Source: a virus
Reading direction: 5' to 3' (one strand)
Length of the DNA stretch: 64,000 bases
IMG/VR virus record: IMGVR_UViG_3300035670_000089
Location: 33,571 to 97,570 of that record
Positions 36,419 through 46,471 of the stretch are shown here, one piece after another. Made by a program: the position numbers and the translations under genes. The first letter of the stretch is position 1. Each line of letters starts with the position of its first letter. Under the pieces are notes generated by a model. The model searched no databases. It had not been told where the DNA came from and saw nothing but the letters and a program-made list of their open reading frames with translations.

Positions 36419-39403
36419 CTATTGAGGGCGGACGTTAAAGGTCAGCGCATCAGCGAGACTAAAGTCTTCGATGAGAGTGACGTAGATGTAGTCCGCGGGA
36501 ATTACAGGCGTATAATTCAACTCAACGTTGAGACGGCCCGCCAACATATCAGCTTCGCTATTGTTGGACTCGCCGCAAATAACATCACCAATACGCAGGA
36601 ACCAACCTTCTTTGAACTTCTGTTCCATATACGCAGAGACCGCAGTCGTCACCTGACGTTGTAAGGAACGAGTATTGGGCATGGACAGCATCCACTGTAG
36701 ATTCGAGTACAAGTCACTAATGACCTGGATACGAATACGTACAACGGAGTTGTACCGCTTAGTAGGATCAATAGAAGTGGTCAGACCGTTTAAGAACTTC
36801 CAGGAACCCAGACCTTTGTCGAAGAAGATACTGTCACAACGACCCAGGGTCACATCATTCTTATACTGAGGAGTGTTCTTCGTGTCCGCGTTCAAAACAC
36901 CCATGGGGAATGTACCGCCGCCAGCAGCATGAGCCGAGATATGGGGAGGACGAACCGCCATCATCGCTGCATAGTGCCCCGTAGCGCCCACACCCTGAAC
37001 AAAGTTATTGTTAAGAGTTTGTTGGACAACGTGACCGTTTACAAGAGTGACGTACTCGTTATTAATCCCGTCCGCCAAGATGCGGCTATAATTCGCGGGC
37101 ATTCTCGCAGGAGTTTCCAAGAATAACTGACGCATACCATTTTCAGGAGTAGCGCGGTTAACTTGGTCGATCGCTTCGCGGAAGACTTCGTCATATACAG
37201 AATCACCAAAGGCGATACCGCTAATAATCAAGAAGGCTACGTTCTCTTCCTCAATACGTTTCACTGCTTCCAGATAAGCCTGCTTCCGCATTTGAATCAG
37301 TTCAGAACGGGGCATGGCGGGGTCATAGCTAAACCCACCCAACAAGGGGATACGGTTAACGAAAGACGCACCGGCCGCAACCAAACTGGTTTCGGTTAAG
37401 TCGTAGGCAGGGTCGTAGAGACCTAAGACAGGAGCCCGACGTAGGGGTAACTGCTCGAAGAGTTGAGGAGCGACAGCGCCGCCCGCAGCTTCTACCGCAG
37501 GAATAAATAGAACCCGTGCGAAACTTAACTCTTGAGAACCAAGGAATACCCCAGACTCGTAATCAATAGCGGAGAAGTCCATCAAAGCGGTCTGAGTGGA
37601 TAACCCAGAATCTCTTTGAGTCTCAACCGTTACATAGAAACGAGCGGTATCAGAAGTAGAGAAAGTCGAGAACGGAGTAATCGTTACGCGGATATTAACT
37701 TCACCCGGATTGGTTGCTACGACTCGGACTACGGGTTCGCCGTTTAGAGTGTAGAAATCCCGAGAAGCGGTACGAGGTCCGTCATACCCACCGGTAAACT
37801 TAAACTGTTCGCCGTACTCTGCCAAGTTGGGAACCGTGCTCTCAACTTTAATTAAGAGGTCTTCGGCTTGTCCAACAGTGCCGGAGACTTCGCGGCTGAG
37901 TTGTACACGAATACGGTTGGCTTCTTTACCTTTAATCTTCGTAGAGAGTTCTACTTGATAAGGAAGAGTCGTAGAAGCAATATCAAACCGCTCTACCAAC
38001 TGCATCGCAACGCTATTAGCGTAGACAGACCGTTGTAACTCTTTAAGGATGGAGAGACCAGTGCGCCCGTTGGGGAAAGCGAGAGAGCTATTGGGGTCAT
38101 CAGAGCCCAACATAATCTCGGTTGCGCCTAAGGGAATACGGAACTCGCCGCCTTTCAGAAGGGGTAGAGCATCACCTAAACCAGATTTCTTACCTACAAA
38201 GAAGTAAACACCTGTACCAGCTACAATATTGAGGGGGTCTTTATCGTTGATAAAGGACTCAGTGTTGAGAAGAGTAGGTTGGTTAAACTCGTAGTTGCGG
38301 TCGACAGTTTGATAGACGAACTCTAAGTATTGTCCGGCGGTATCGCGGTCAACAATAAAGTAGCTATCAATCCGGTTAACGTTGTACCCGTCGTTATAGG
38401 TCTCCAGGGGAATCCGGAAGACTTTATCGTTAGCATCTTTGGCGCGGAATACTGTACCGTCGGTAAGATTAACGCGATACCCTAAGACATAACGAGGAAG
38501 GGTAGGTTTACGAATGCGTAGGTTAACCGTTCCCGAAAGAATAGCGCCACCTTCGTTCTTAACAACAACTCCAAACTCCGTAACGCTTAGGTCAAAAGGA
38601 GTAGAGATGATGCTGAGAGCAATCGTCTCGCCGGTTAAAGTAGGCGTACCATTAGAGTCCAGAATAGGATCACCCAAACCGTCTAAGGCGATCGTAGCGT
38701 CGGTGAAGACAAAACCCGGTTTAATGTTTGGACCTTGAAAGTCAATATCGTTAACTCCAACGGTATTCGTTTTAGGAATAGAGATAACTTGATATTGTCC
38801 TCCGGCGGGGTCTGCAGCAATCGTTCCTTGAAGAACATAATCTTCGTTGGCATCGCTGAAGATACCTTCGGCGCCACCTTCACGGTAATCCACTACATGG
38901 ATAGCGATGGTTCCGGTACCGTCTTCAAAATCAGGATGGTAAAAATCATTATCTACCGTATCGATAGAACCATAAGTATGTCTGAAGGTTAAAGGAGAAC
39001 CCAGATACTTAAGGTTCAAGCGGAGACCAATAGTACGATCTTCAACATCAGCGATAGGGGTAAGAGAATTCGCGTTTGCGAGTTCTAAACCGACCGCCGG
39101 TGCGACGTACTGTTGGTTTTTAGAGGACATGGTAAAGGTGAACTCAGCCGGGGTGTCCCGAGGAACAGCACGACTAATAGCGAAAGCAGTAGCGCCATCG
39201 GCAATAGCTTGCTGTACAGCGACAGAACCGTTGGTGCGATCAAAACCATATACTTCCTGAAAACGTGCGGGGTTACAGATTTTAACTTCGGGAGCACCAT
39301 TGCTAAACTCCCCTACAACACCGATTAGGTCTCTCCAGGGACGAGGCTTAGCGACGGGAAGTTTTACTTTCCGCTCAAATTGAATACTAGGATAGCTGGG
39401 CAT
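36419..39403 (-). CDS. Contractile tail sheath protein with large inserted domains
   Basis: N-terminal IGVVGEFSNG...FQEVYG; C-terminal NGLTT...RYNSVVRI...ESNN...AGRLNVELNYTPVIPADYI. Confidence 0.93.
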   Translation of the reverse strand: MPSYPSIQFERKVKLPVAKPRPWRDLIGVVGEFSNGAPEVKICNPARFQEVYGFDRTNGSVAVQQAIADGATAFAISRAVPRDTPAEFTFTMSSKNQQYVAPAVGLELANANSLTPIADVEDRTIGLRLNLKYLGSPLTFRHTYGSIDTVDNDFYHPDFEDGTGTIAIHVVDYREGGAEGIFSDANEDYVLQGTIAADPAGGQYQVISIPKTNTVGVNDIDFQGPNIKPGFVFTDATIALDGLGDPILDSNGTPTLTGETIALSIISTPFDLSVTEFGVVVKNEGGAILSGTVNLRIRKPTLPRYVLGYRVNLTDGTVFRAKDANDKVFRIPLETYNDGYNVNRIDSYFIVDRDTAGQYLEFVYQTVDRNYEFNQPTLLNTESFINDKDPLNIVAGTGVYFFVGKKSGLGDALPLLKGGEFRIPLGATEIMLGSDDPNSSLAFPNGRTGLSILKELQRSVYANSVAMQLVERFDIASTTLPYQVELSTKIKGKEANRIRVQLSREVSGTVGQAEDLLIKVESTVPNLAEYGEQFKFTGGYDGPRTASRDFYTLNGEPVVRVVATNPGEVNIRVTITPFSTFSTSDTARFYVTVETQRDSGLSTQTALMDFSAIDYESGVFLGSQELSFARVLFIPAVEAAGGAVAPQLFEQLPLRRAPVLGLYDPAYDLTETSLVAAGASFVNRIPLLGGFSYDPAMPRSELIQMRKQAYLEAVKRIEEENVAFLIISGIAFGDSVYDEVFREAIDQVNRATPENGMRQLFLETPARMPANYSRILADGINNEYVTLVNGHVVQQTLNNNFVQGVGATGHYAAMMAVRPPHISAHAAGGGTFPMGVLNADTKNTPQYKNDVTLGRCDSIFFDKGLGSWKFLNGLTTSIDPTKRYNSVVRIRIQVISDLYSNLQWMLSMPNTRSLQRQVTTAVSAYMEQKFKEGWFLRIGDVICGESNNSEADMLAGRLNVELNYTPVIPADYIYVTLIEDFSLADALTFNVRPQ

Positions 39404-39516
39404 TTCTATATCCTCATGCTAATTATGAATATTGTTCAACTTGTTCAACTAAAACCTTCGGTAGTATTCGTAGCGTCTACCTACACCCATAATACTCAAC
39501 CGTAGAAAAAATAAAC

Positions 39517-40320
39517 TTAATACTTATTTGTAATGTTTATAGTATTAATGTTCGGTACTTCATAAGGAAATTCACGACAGGGTTCAGCGACAGTCCATTC
39601 CACAACATGATACGCAGTGTGGAATACCAAGTTAGGGTTTTGCGCTAACCAACTCGTAGTGGGATAATCCGACTCAATTATTACGGGGTTTCTATATTGT
39701 CGATAGGGCCTTAGAAATTTAATATCCCGGATAACATCCTTCAATATATCCATCCACAACGTCAAAATCTCTTCGCCCGGCAACGTCTGAACTTCATACG
39801 AGAAGTCGTACGGAATCCCATACACTCCCTCGGTATCCCCACTTAAATCATCATCCCGATGATTCCCTTGGATATAATTCTCGTTAAAGCCATGATGCTT
39901 CTGTATAGCCGGATTCTCCGGCACAAACTGAGAATTTAAGGTCACCGGTATATTCAACCCCGGGTCTCTATAAAACAACTGTACGAATACCCTAATAGAA
40001 GCAAAATGAGAACGTTGGAACTGAGTATTCCCTATCGTCTCGTATCCAGGCTTCCCTCCAGAACGATAATTGATAGTTTTAACTTTGGGTTGAGCGATAC
40101 CCCGCTTAACATCAAAAGAGGAGTGATAGGGGTGTACAGATAAAGTTAGACCGGGTTCAATAAGTTCGATACCGCCAAAGAGTCTACCGCGGTTTATCGT
40201 AACTCGTTCGGGGGTAATATTGGGGTCTACGCTTGGATAATATACCTTAGACTCCCGAACATCTGGATGATTCAATATAGATATTAAGAAAGCCTTCCGC
40301 ATCCAGTTGAGTCCCGACAT
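39517..40320 (-). CDS. Probable neck/tail-completion protein
   Basis: Position between head-tail adaptor and sheath; no firm motif. Confidence 0.45.
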   Translation of the reverse strand: MSGLNWMRKAFLISILNHPDVRESKVYYPSVDPNITPERVTINRGRLFGGIELIEPGLTLSVHPYHSSFDVKRGIAQPKVKTINYRSGGKPGYETIGNTQFQRSHFASIRVFVQLFYRDPGLNIPVTLNSQFVPENPAIQKHHGFNENYIQGNHRDDDLSGDTEGVYGIPYDFSYEVQTLPGEEILTLWMDILKDVIRDIKFLRPYRQYRNPVIIESDYPTTSWLAQNPNLVFHTAYHVVEWTVAEPCREFPYEVPNINTINITNKY

Positions 40321-40340
40321 ACCCTACCTCTCTTTATTCA

Positions 40341-42065
40341 TTAGTAAGACCAACCACGTTGTTCTGCTATTTGAGCTTCATCTACAATATTCGACCACAA
40401 CGAGGGCTTCTGCCGCTGTTTCACGAAAGCCTGTTCCTTTTTCATGACGGCATCGACAACTCCCGACGCTCCATCGGAGTTAGGATTCTTAACGATAATA
40501 CTGCGGGGTTTAGAACTAAACATAGTAATAGGCCTCGTGCGATCTCCAGTAGCAACTTCTATATCTTCCGGCACTTCCAATATATCCAGAACTACCGCGG
40601 TTATGACTCTACTCTTCGCCCAGGCTACTAACTCCAACGCAGAACATGGATTAGACGCCGTAATCGGATCGTTCCGAATAATGGCCCCCATCGCTCGAGC
40701 ATCCAAGTTTATATCCGCTAAGGCGTTATGCAACGCCAGCGTAACCTGAGAGAATCTATTGTTGTCTAAATAGATTTGTTCTTCCGGAGTAGCCCCAACT
40801 TTATACGGCACCTCCACCTTAAACTCCGCTATTGGTTCTAAGGTCTCCTCGTCAATCGCCTGGTTAGGCTGCCAAGCCTGTAACCTAAACGATATATGAT
40901 TTGTAGTTAAACCTGAAGGACTAGCGGGAGAGTTCTCCTCACCGTATCTATATCTATTCCGGAAATATAATACAGTCGGTTCGTAGTCTTCCGCCTTACT
41001 CCGGACATCGAGTAACTTGTTGTAACGGATAATAACGATAGCCCCGTTGACCGGCCAGTAGTTCAGGTTATCGCCCTCTACACCCCAAACAATCGGAGCC
41101 TTATCTATCGGGAACTCTTCTGCTGTAGTATCAAACGTGGTGTCCGGATCAATAAAGGTAGTCCGTATTTGTATATTTATAGAATAGGCAAAAGTCCCCG
41201 GCATAGGTCTACGGGGATAAAAACGCAAAGCGTGATATTGGAAAGAGTTAGGGATAATAGGGTTAGTAAAATAAGGTCCGGCTAACTCCGGTGCGGTCAA
41301 TATAGAATCTCCGTCGATAGGAATAGTCTTCGCGTTTATATCCTCCGACAACGCGACCACAACATCCCAAGTCTGAAAAGTACCTGTATATATATTTAAG
41401 AGAGTCCAATCTCTCGAGAGGGAGGGAGACTGCCAATAAACTTCTATCTGTTTATCCTCGGGTAACTCCACCGTTAGAGGTTGAAAGAAGAATCCAACGG
41501 GAATCTCTGATTCTTCTTTAGCCTTATCCCCCTTTAAAGCAACTTGGGAAAGATCCCAAGTAGCGATAATACGGTTGAGGTCGTCCTCCGCCTCTTGTTC
41601 AATAACCTTTGCGTGTTCCGCCTGTTCGGGTATTTGAGCAAGTTGTCCGACTAAGCGGGCGGCGGTGAAAGCAGCGGATACTCGACGAATACCGTCGGAG
41701 AATAAATCGCGGTTAACGTATTTAGTTTGACCGGGACGATCCGGGTCAGCGTACATGACCTCTTTAACCGCACCCGCTCCCCCAAATAATGGAGCGTTAT
41801 CCTCTCGTGCTTTAGCGGCAGATAAGATTAAAGCGATGCGGGGGTCTGCATCGGTTGTTATTAAATTAAAAATATCTAAGGTGCGGGTCTGTCTTAAAAG
41901 AACAGAGTAGCGCCGCACCATCGCCGCCATATCCCTTAACTCGGCGGACGCCGCTTCTAATTGCGGGTCGGTTAGACTTTGTGCAGATGTGTAATTAATG
42001 GTAGGTGATACCCCATCGGGCGATGGGTAACTAAATCTGTCCGAGAAATTAAACGTAGTGGACAT
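40341..42065 (-). CDS. Head-tail adaptor (Mu gp36/DUF1320-like N-terminus) with added C-terminal domains
   Basis: IRRVSAAFTAARL...IEQEAEDDLNRI helical pattern and position after the capsid genes. Confidence 0.5.
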   Translation of the reverse strand: MSTTFNFSDRFSYPSPDGVSPTINYTSAQSLTDPQLEAASAELRDMAAMVRRYSVLLRQTRTLDIFNLITTDADPRIALILSAAKAREDNAPLFGGAGAVKEVMYADPDRPGQTKYVNRDLFSDGIRRVSAAFTAARLVGQLAQIPEQAEHAKVIEQEAEDDLNRIIATWDLSQVALKGDKAKEESEIPVGFFFQPLTVELPEDKQIEVYWQSPSLSRDWTLLNIYTGTFQTWDVVVALSEDINAKTIPIDGDSILTAPELAGPYFTNPIIPNSFQYHALRFYPRRPMPGTFAYSINIQIRTTFIDPDTTFDTTAEEFPIDKAPIVWGVEGDNLNYWPVNGAIVIIRYNKLLDVRSKAEDYEPTVLYFRNRYRYGEENSPASPSGLTTNHISFRLQAWQPNQAIDEETLEPIAEFKVEVPYKVGATPEEQIYLDNNRFSQVTLALHNALADINLDARAMGAIIRNDPITASNPCSALELVAWAKSRVITAVVLDILEVPEDIEVATGDRTRPITMFSSKPRSIIVKNPNSDGASGVVDAVMKKEQAFVKQRQKPSLWSNIVDEAQIAEQRGWSY

Positions 42066-42084
42066 GTATCACCTATGAATATAC

Positions 42085-42687
42085 TTAGAGTTGACGGCGA
42101 CGTCTTCTAGCCCGAGGACTAAGTTCTGCGTCGTCTCCTTCCGCTGTAGTTTCTCCACCCTCCGTGCTCTCAGTAGTCTCTTCTTGAGGAGCTACTTCAA
42201 AAGGAGAAGGTTCCGGTTCCATAAAGTCTGAGACTTCAGGTAACGGTTGAGTATAAGAAGTATACATAACTTCTTTCTCGGGTTCAGGCAATACTTCCCC
42301 ACTAACTACAACCTGCTCCAATTCCTGCGCTTGCGGAATCGTAAGAGGTTCCGGAACATCGTTGATAGGATTAACTACGGGTTCCTGCACTAACTCCTCG
42401 AATATCGTTTCCTGAGTAGGGAAGGGTTGTTCTTCTACTTTAGGAGCAGCAGTAGGAGTCGGAGCAGTGGGGAAAGAATTCTGCTTTAGAGAAGCAGGAT
42501 TAACTTTAGGGGCATTACCTACGAAGGTAGTGGTAACCAATTTACGACGGTCGGGACTCGCCATAATCTGAGATAACTCAGCTTCGGTGAAAGGTCCTTG
42601 ACTGTCCCCCGGGTATAACTGCCGTTGCCGTCCGCCTACATAAAAGGAGGCGGGGGCTACAGCAGTTACATAATACAGGGTTGACAT
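42085..42687 (-). CDS. Hypothetical acidic, Pro-rich protein ending in an Arg tract
   Basis: 200 aa, E/P-rich, C-terminus RARRRRRQL. Confidence 0.6.
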   Translation of the reverse strand: MSTLYYVTAVAPASFYVGGRQRQLYPGDSQGPFTEAELSQIMASPDRRKLVTTTFVGNAPKVNPASLKQNSFPTAPTPTAAPKVEEQPFPTQETIFEELVQEPVVNPINDVPEPLTIPQAQELEQVVVSGEVLPEPEKEVMYTSYTQPLPEVSDFMEPEPSPFEVAPQEETTESTEGGETTAEGDDAELSPRARRRRRQL

Positions 42688-42704
42688 GATAACTTACCTT
42701 CTGA

Positions 42705-43745
42705 TTAAGGGTTGGTGAAGTTGGTGGAAGCGACTAAGTTACTCTTCCCGGGAGAGAGAACATACACGTTAGCGGGGGTCACCGGTGTCAGCAACACTTC
42801 TTTAGTACCAGAGGTGCCGGTATAAGGAGCGCCTAAAGTAATAACCCCAGTAGCGCTGTTATACGCTCCAGTATCCAAAGTCTCTCCATCAAGTGCGAGA
42901 ACGTTGGTGTTGGTAACTGAAGACATAAGATCAGCAATACTATCACGTTCAGCGTAAGCCACAGTAACATCAGCGTCGCCGTTAATAAAGGTACCGGTAA
43001 CGACTTTAGGTAGAACATGGTAATACACTTCAGCCGTAACGATTTCCAAACTTGCGGGGTTACGCAGATTAGCCCGCGCGGGTTGATACCCAAAGATGGG
43101 ATACCCGGTAGCTAGATAAATAGGTACCTCTACCGCATTAATCGTAAAGTTACTCAGAGCAACTTTAGGACGAGTGCCGTTCCCGTAAACCCGGTTACGA
43201 CCTTGTTGTACAGGTACATCAGGAGTAGCGAAGGAAGGATCATAGTTCTTCCACACACCGCCTTCCCGTACATAGAAAGCGCGACCCTCTAAATGGTCGG
43301 GGAAGTCAATAGCTTCCAAATATTTATCCCCGTCTTGAACTGCATCACCGTTAAGGAGAGTAGTAGGGGGAGTATAAACACCGCCCGAAGCCACAACGGG
43401 TTGCAGAATACGAGTGGGATTAAGGAAGACACGGAAGTAGTTGTACCCGTCGGCTACATCTTCAGGGGTAAACACAAGGTTTACAGAGGTAGAAAGAGTA
43501 GCAGGCTGAGAGTCGAGAATAGCATTACCAGGAGCAATAGCTACGGTAAGGTTGGCGGGTACAGCCACAGGAGCCCCAGCGGCCAGAGACCAAGAAGGAG
43601 TCAGACCGGATTGAATAGAACAATACGGGTAGTAATTGAGACCACCAGAGCGGTGAGTAGGATAAAGATCCTTAAGGAAACGGAAACCAGGAGCGCCTTG
43701 GTAAGGGCGGAGTCCGGTTTGGACTTGAGTAATTGCAGAAACCAT
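42705..43745 (-). CDS. Second head protein / capsid decoration candidate
   Basis: Immediately after the MCP with a strong GAGG RBS; beta-rich, structural-type composition. Confidence 0.6.
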   Translation of the reverse strand: MVSAITQVQTGLRPYQGAPGFRFLKDLYPTHRSGGLNYYPYCSIQSGLTPSWSLAAGAPVAVPANLTVAIAPGNAILDSQPATLSTSVNLVFTPEDVADGYNYFRVFLNPTRILQPVVASGGVYTPPTTLLNGDAVQDGDKYLEAIDFPDHLEGRAFYVREGGVWKNYDPSFATPDVPVQQGRNRVYGNGTRPKVALSNFTINAVEVPIYLATGYPIFGYQPARANLRNPASLEIVTAEVYYHVLPKVVTGTFINGDADVTVAYAERDSIADLMSSVTNTNVLALDGETLDTGAYNSATGVITLGAPYTGTSGTKEVLLTPVTPANVYVLSPGKSNLVASTNFTNP

Positions 43746-43805
43746 TATTTATTTTCCTCTCTACAAGGTAAAAGTAAAAGACACAGACAAACTTCAAACA
43801 CAAAC

Positions 43806-45134
43806 CTAGAAAGTACCGTAAGACAGATCCGGTAGGATAGGTAGGGTTTCGTAAAGTTCGTTGGGTTCACATACATCTAACAGAGCAATCCAATAAGGAT
43901 AAACAGGGAAAGGAATAAAGCAATCACCAATCCGCATGAGTGCTCCCGGAGGCGCAGGCAACTTAGGTGCCATATCCGTTTCCATCCACATACCGGGCTT
44001 ACCGTCAGGAGATTCCCCAGAACAGTGGTAAGTGAAGCCTAAAGCAGCAGAAGGATCTGACATAGACTTAGAAGCAACCAGAGCCACTTTATGAGCAGGC
44101 CAGTACACTTCAAGTTTGTTGTCATTGGAAGGATTCCGCCAAATCCCGTCCATAGTAACGATACGAAGACCGGCGATAGAAGTAATCGTCCCGCCAGGAC
44201 CGAAGGTCAGGTATTGAGGTCCAGGCGCAGAACTCATACCGATAGCGGCGTTACCGGCAACCGCACCGGGTAGGTTGTTCACCAACAGTCCAGGAATACC
44301 CTGGAAGGCTTTAATGTATTCATTAGTAGCCATAATCGCCGACAGGAGTTGCGAACTCATCACAATCGTGTCGAACTTGTTCTTGTTGGTGATATAGAGG
44401 TAATCCTGCAGTAAACGCAGACCTCTAATGATATCGGCTTGAGGATACAACCAGTTAACCCCAATACGTCCATCGGTAGAAGTGAAGAAACTAGCTTCAT
44501 TACGACCTTTAGCGGGGGTTAGGTTAACGTTAGCCGTATAGTTACGACCCATGATATTAACCAAACTGCCTTCCGCAACGGTGTCGCTCCAACCTTGATA
44601 GGAGAAGAAGTTGTGCGGGGGGATGTTGGAGTTAACATCAATCGCTACTTTCGTCCGGGGGTCAAAATAACGCCACCCGCCTTGGAGCATTTTGGATTGA
44701 TAAACTTCTCTAACCCGCTTGAGGCGGTTTACAAGTTTCTGTACCCGCTTACTAATCCACTCTTGCGCGGGTTGTTGTTCATTAATGGTGCCGGGGCGGC
44801 GGAGTTGGTTAATGAACATCCGGTCAATACTGTCGTCTTCCCGAAACGTTTGGGGCACGACAGAGAACCGACGGAGACGATCTGGCTCTACGAATTGACC
44901 GTTGGGGATACCTGGTTGAACCGGAGGCGTAATTCCATGACCCTCAATCATCTGTTCGATGATGAGAGTACGCTCGTAGTGCATTTGGGTGGGGAACAGA
45001 AAGTCTAAATTGGTGGATTCCAATTGACTAAAAGAACGAGCCAACATTGTAAGCTGTAAAGAGCCGAATGAAGGATCATCCCCAATATACTCGTACGGAG
45101 TAACCTGAGCTTGAAATTCTTGTGAAATAGGCAT
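43806..45134 (-). CDS. Major capsid protein (HK97 fold, lambda gpE-like family)
   Basis: Follows the protease. LFP...PPVQPG...LVNRLKRVREVYQSKMLQGG and the terminal IPFPVYP resemble the Phage_cap_E family. Confidence 0.85.
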   Translation of the reverse strand: MPISQEFQAQVTPYEYIGDDPSFGSLQLTMLARSFSQLESTNLDFLFPTQMHYERTLIIEQMIEGHGITPPVQPGIPNGQFVEPDRLRRFSVVPQTFREDDSIDRMFINQLRRPGTINEQQPAQEWISKRVQKLVNRLKRVREVYQSKMLQGGWRYFDPRTKVAIDVNSNIPPHNFFSYQGWSDTVAEGSLVNIMGRNYTANVNLTPAKGRNEASFFTSTDGRIGVNWLYPQADIIRGLRLLQDYLYITNKNKFDTIVMSSQLLSAIMATNEYIKAFQGIPGLLVNNLPGAVAGNAAIGMSSAPGPQYLTFGPGGTITSIAGLRIVTMDGIWRNPSNDNKLEVYWPAHKVALVASKSMSDPSAALGFTYHCSGESPDGKPGMWMETDMAPKLPAPPGALMRIGDCFIPFPVYPYWIALLDVCEPNELYETLPILPDLSYGTF

Positions 45135-45189
45135 TTGAGAAACCTCTTCTAGAGTCTAATACAGTAATAAGGAATTACTAACCCTAAGG

Positions 45190-46356
45190 TTAGAGAAGTT
45201 GAAACGAAGGATTACCGCCCCGCGCCTCGATAATTTTGTTGTTGCGCTCAATAATTTGAGAGTAGAACTCAGGTAGCTCTACTTCAGTAGATCCTTTGCG
45301 CCCTTCATCACTCGACCCTTGAGGTTGAGCGAAGACATGCTTATAGTTCTCCGACAGTTGTTGATAGTCAGAGAAGAGCTTCTCTTCCGCAGCCGCCGTG
45401 AGAGTGCCAGACTTAATCATGTCGCTGAAGGTCTGTTTTGTACTTTCAGGAAGATTAAGAGCATTTAGTTTATTCAACTTAAGTTCGATAGCCCGAGAGT
45501 GCTCCGCTTCAATAAGAGAAGAGAACTGCTGCTTCATAGTGGAGAACTCTTTAGCAAGGTTGCTGAAGTCTTCAGCGAGTTTGTCGTACTGTTCGCGAGG
45601 AACAGTATCCGTAGGAGGAGTAGGCGGGCAGGAAGGAGGGCAAGAAGGAGCTGCGGGAGTAGACAACACTTCAGTAGGTGCTGCGGCTACATGGGTAGAG
45701 CTTTCTTGGCTTTGGGTATTAGTAGAAGTTTCAAACTCTGCAGTTTTCGTACTCATAGAAGTGTTTCCTATTTCGGGAGTTAGGTCAAAAGAAAAAACTG
45801 TAAGGGGGGTGCTAACGTCAGTTTCACCGGGACTATCGGAGAACTTCTCTACGGCTACTTCCAACCCATGGTTTTTAAAAGGTAAGAAGGGCCGATTCGT
45901 TAACGCAAGTCCTACTAAAAGAGTACCTATCTTTTCACCGCTTTGTCTGTCTCTAGCGTTTCTCAACACTTCAGCACTCGCGTATCGGTATCTCTTTTTC
46001 TCTACGTCCTCGAAAAGTTTCTCGTCGGTGGGAGAGTAATAAGCAAAGAGTACGTCTCCCTCTTGAGTTAGCTTATCAGGCCATCCTTCAGAAGGTTCCC
46101 CTTCTAGAACTTCGGAGGACTGAGGGTGCCCTAGGAATAACGGAGGGTCAAAGCCGGCTTTACCTTCATTAAAGTTTTCAACAATGTCGTCAAAATCTTG
46201 TTGAGTAAAAGAGACCTTGCCGTATACAGGATGGGACCATTCTCCCAAAGGAGCAACAGGAACCTTCAAGTACTGTTCTCCCGTCTGACCTTGGATGACG
46301 GATAGAAGTTCTAAATCGGTTCCAGTTATATTTGCTTCTAACTGAATGTAATCCAT
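45190..46356 (-). CDS. Prohead protease-scaffold (Mu gpI-like)
   Basis: APLGEWSHP, LFLGH, EGW, YRYASAE, LVGLALTNRPFL, followed by a low-complexity and coiled-coil scaffold. Confidence 0.9.
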   Translation of the reverse strand: MDYIQLEANITGTDLELLSVIQGQTGEQYLKVPVAPLGEWSHPVYGKVSFTQQDFDDIVENFNEGKAGFDPPLFLGHPQSSEVLEGEPSEGWPDKLTQEGDVLFAYYSPTDEKLFEDVEKKRYRYASAEVLRNARDRQSGEKIGTLLVGLALTNRPFLPFKNHGLEVAVEKFSDSPGETDVSTPLTVFSFDLTPEIGNTSMSTKTAEFETSTNTQSQESSTHVAAAPTEVLSTPAAPSCPPSCPPTPPTDTVPREQYDKLAEDFSNLAKEFSTMKQQFSSLIEAEHSRAIELKLNKLNALNLPESTKQTFSDMIKSGTLTAAAEEKLFSDYQQLSENYKHVFAQPQGSSDEGRKGSTEVELPEFYSQIIERNNKIIEARGGNPSFQLL

Positions 46357-46392
46357 ATATTCGCCTTTCTTTGCCCTCCACTAACATATTTA

Positions 46393-46419
46393 AGACCTAC
46401 TGATGTACTCAGCAGGTCT
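46393..46419 (-). promoter_or_regulatory. Hairpin in the 5' leader of the protease-capsid genes
   Basis: Minus strand AGACCTGCTGA-GTACA-TCAGTAGGTCT (11-bp stem with one G-U pair). Confidence 0.5.
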
Positions 46420-46471
46420 CAAAACCTATTATGCACCACTAAAAATAAAACTAGGTCCTACTAAACTAAGT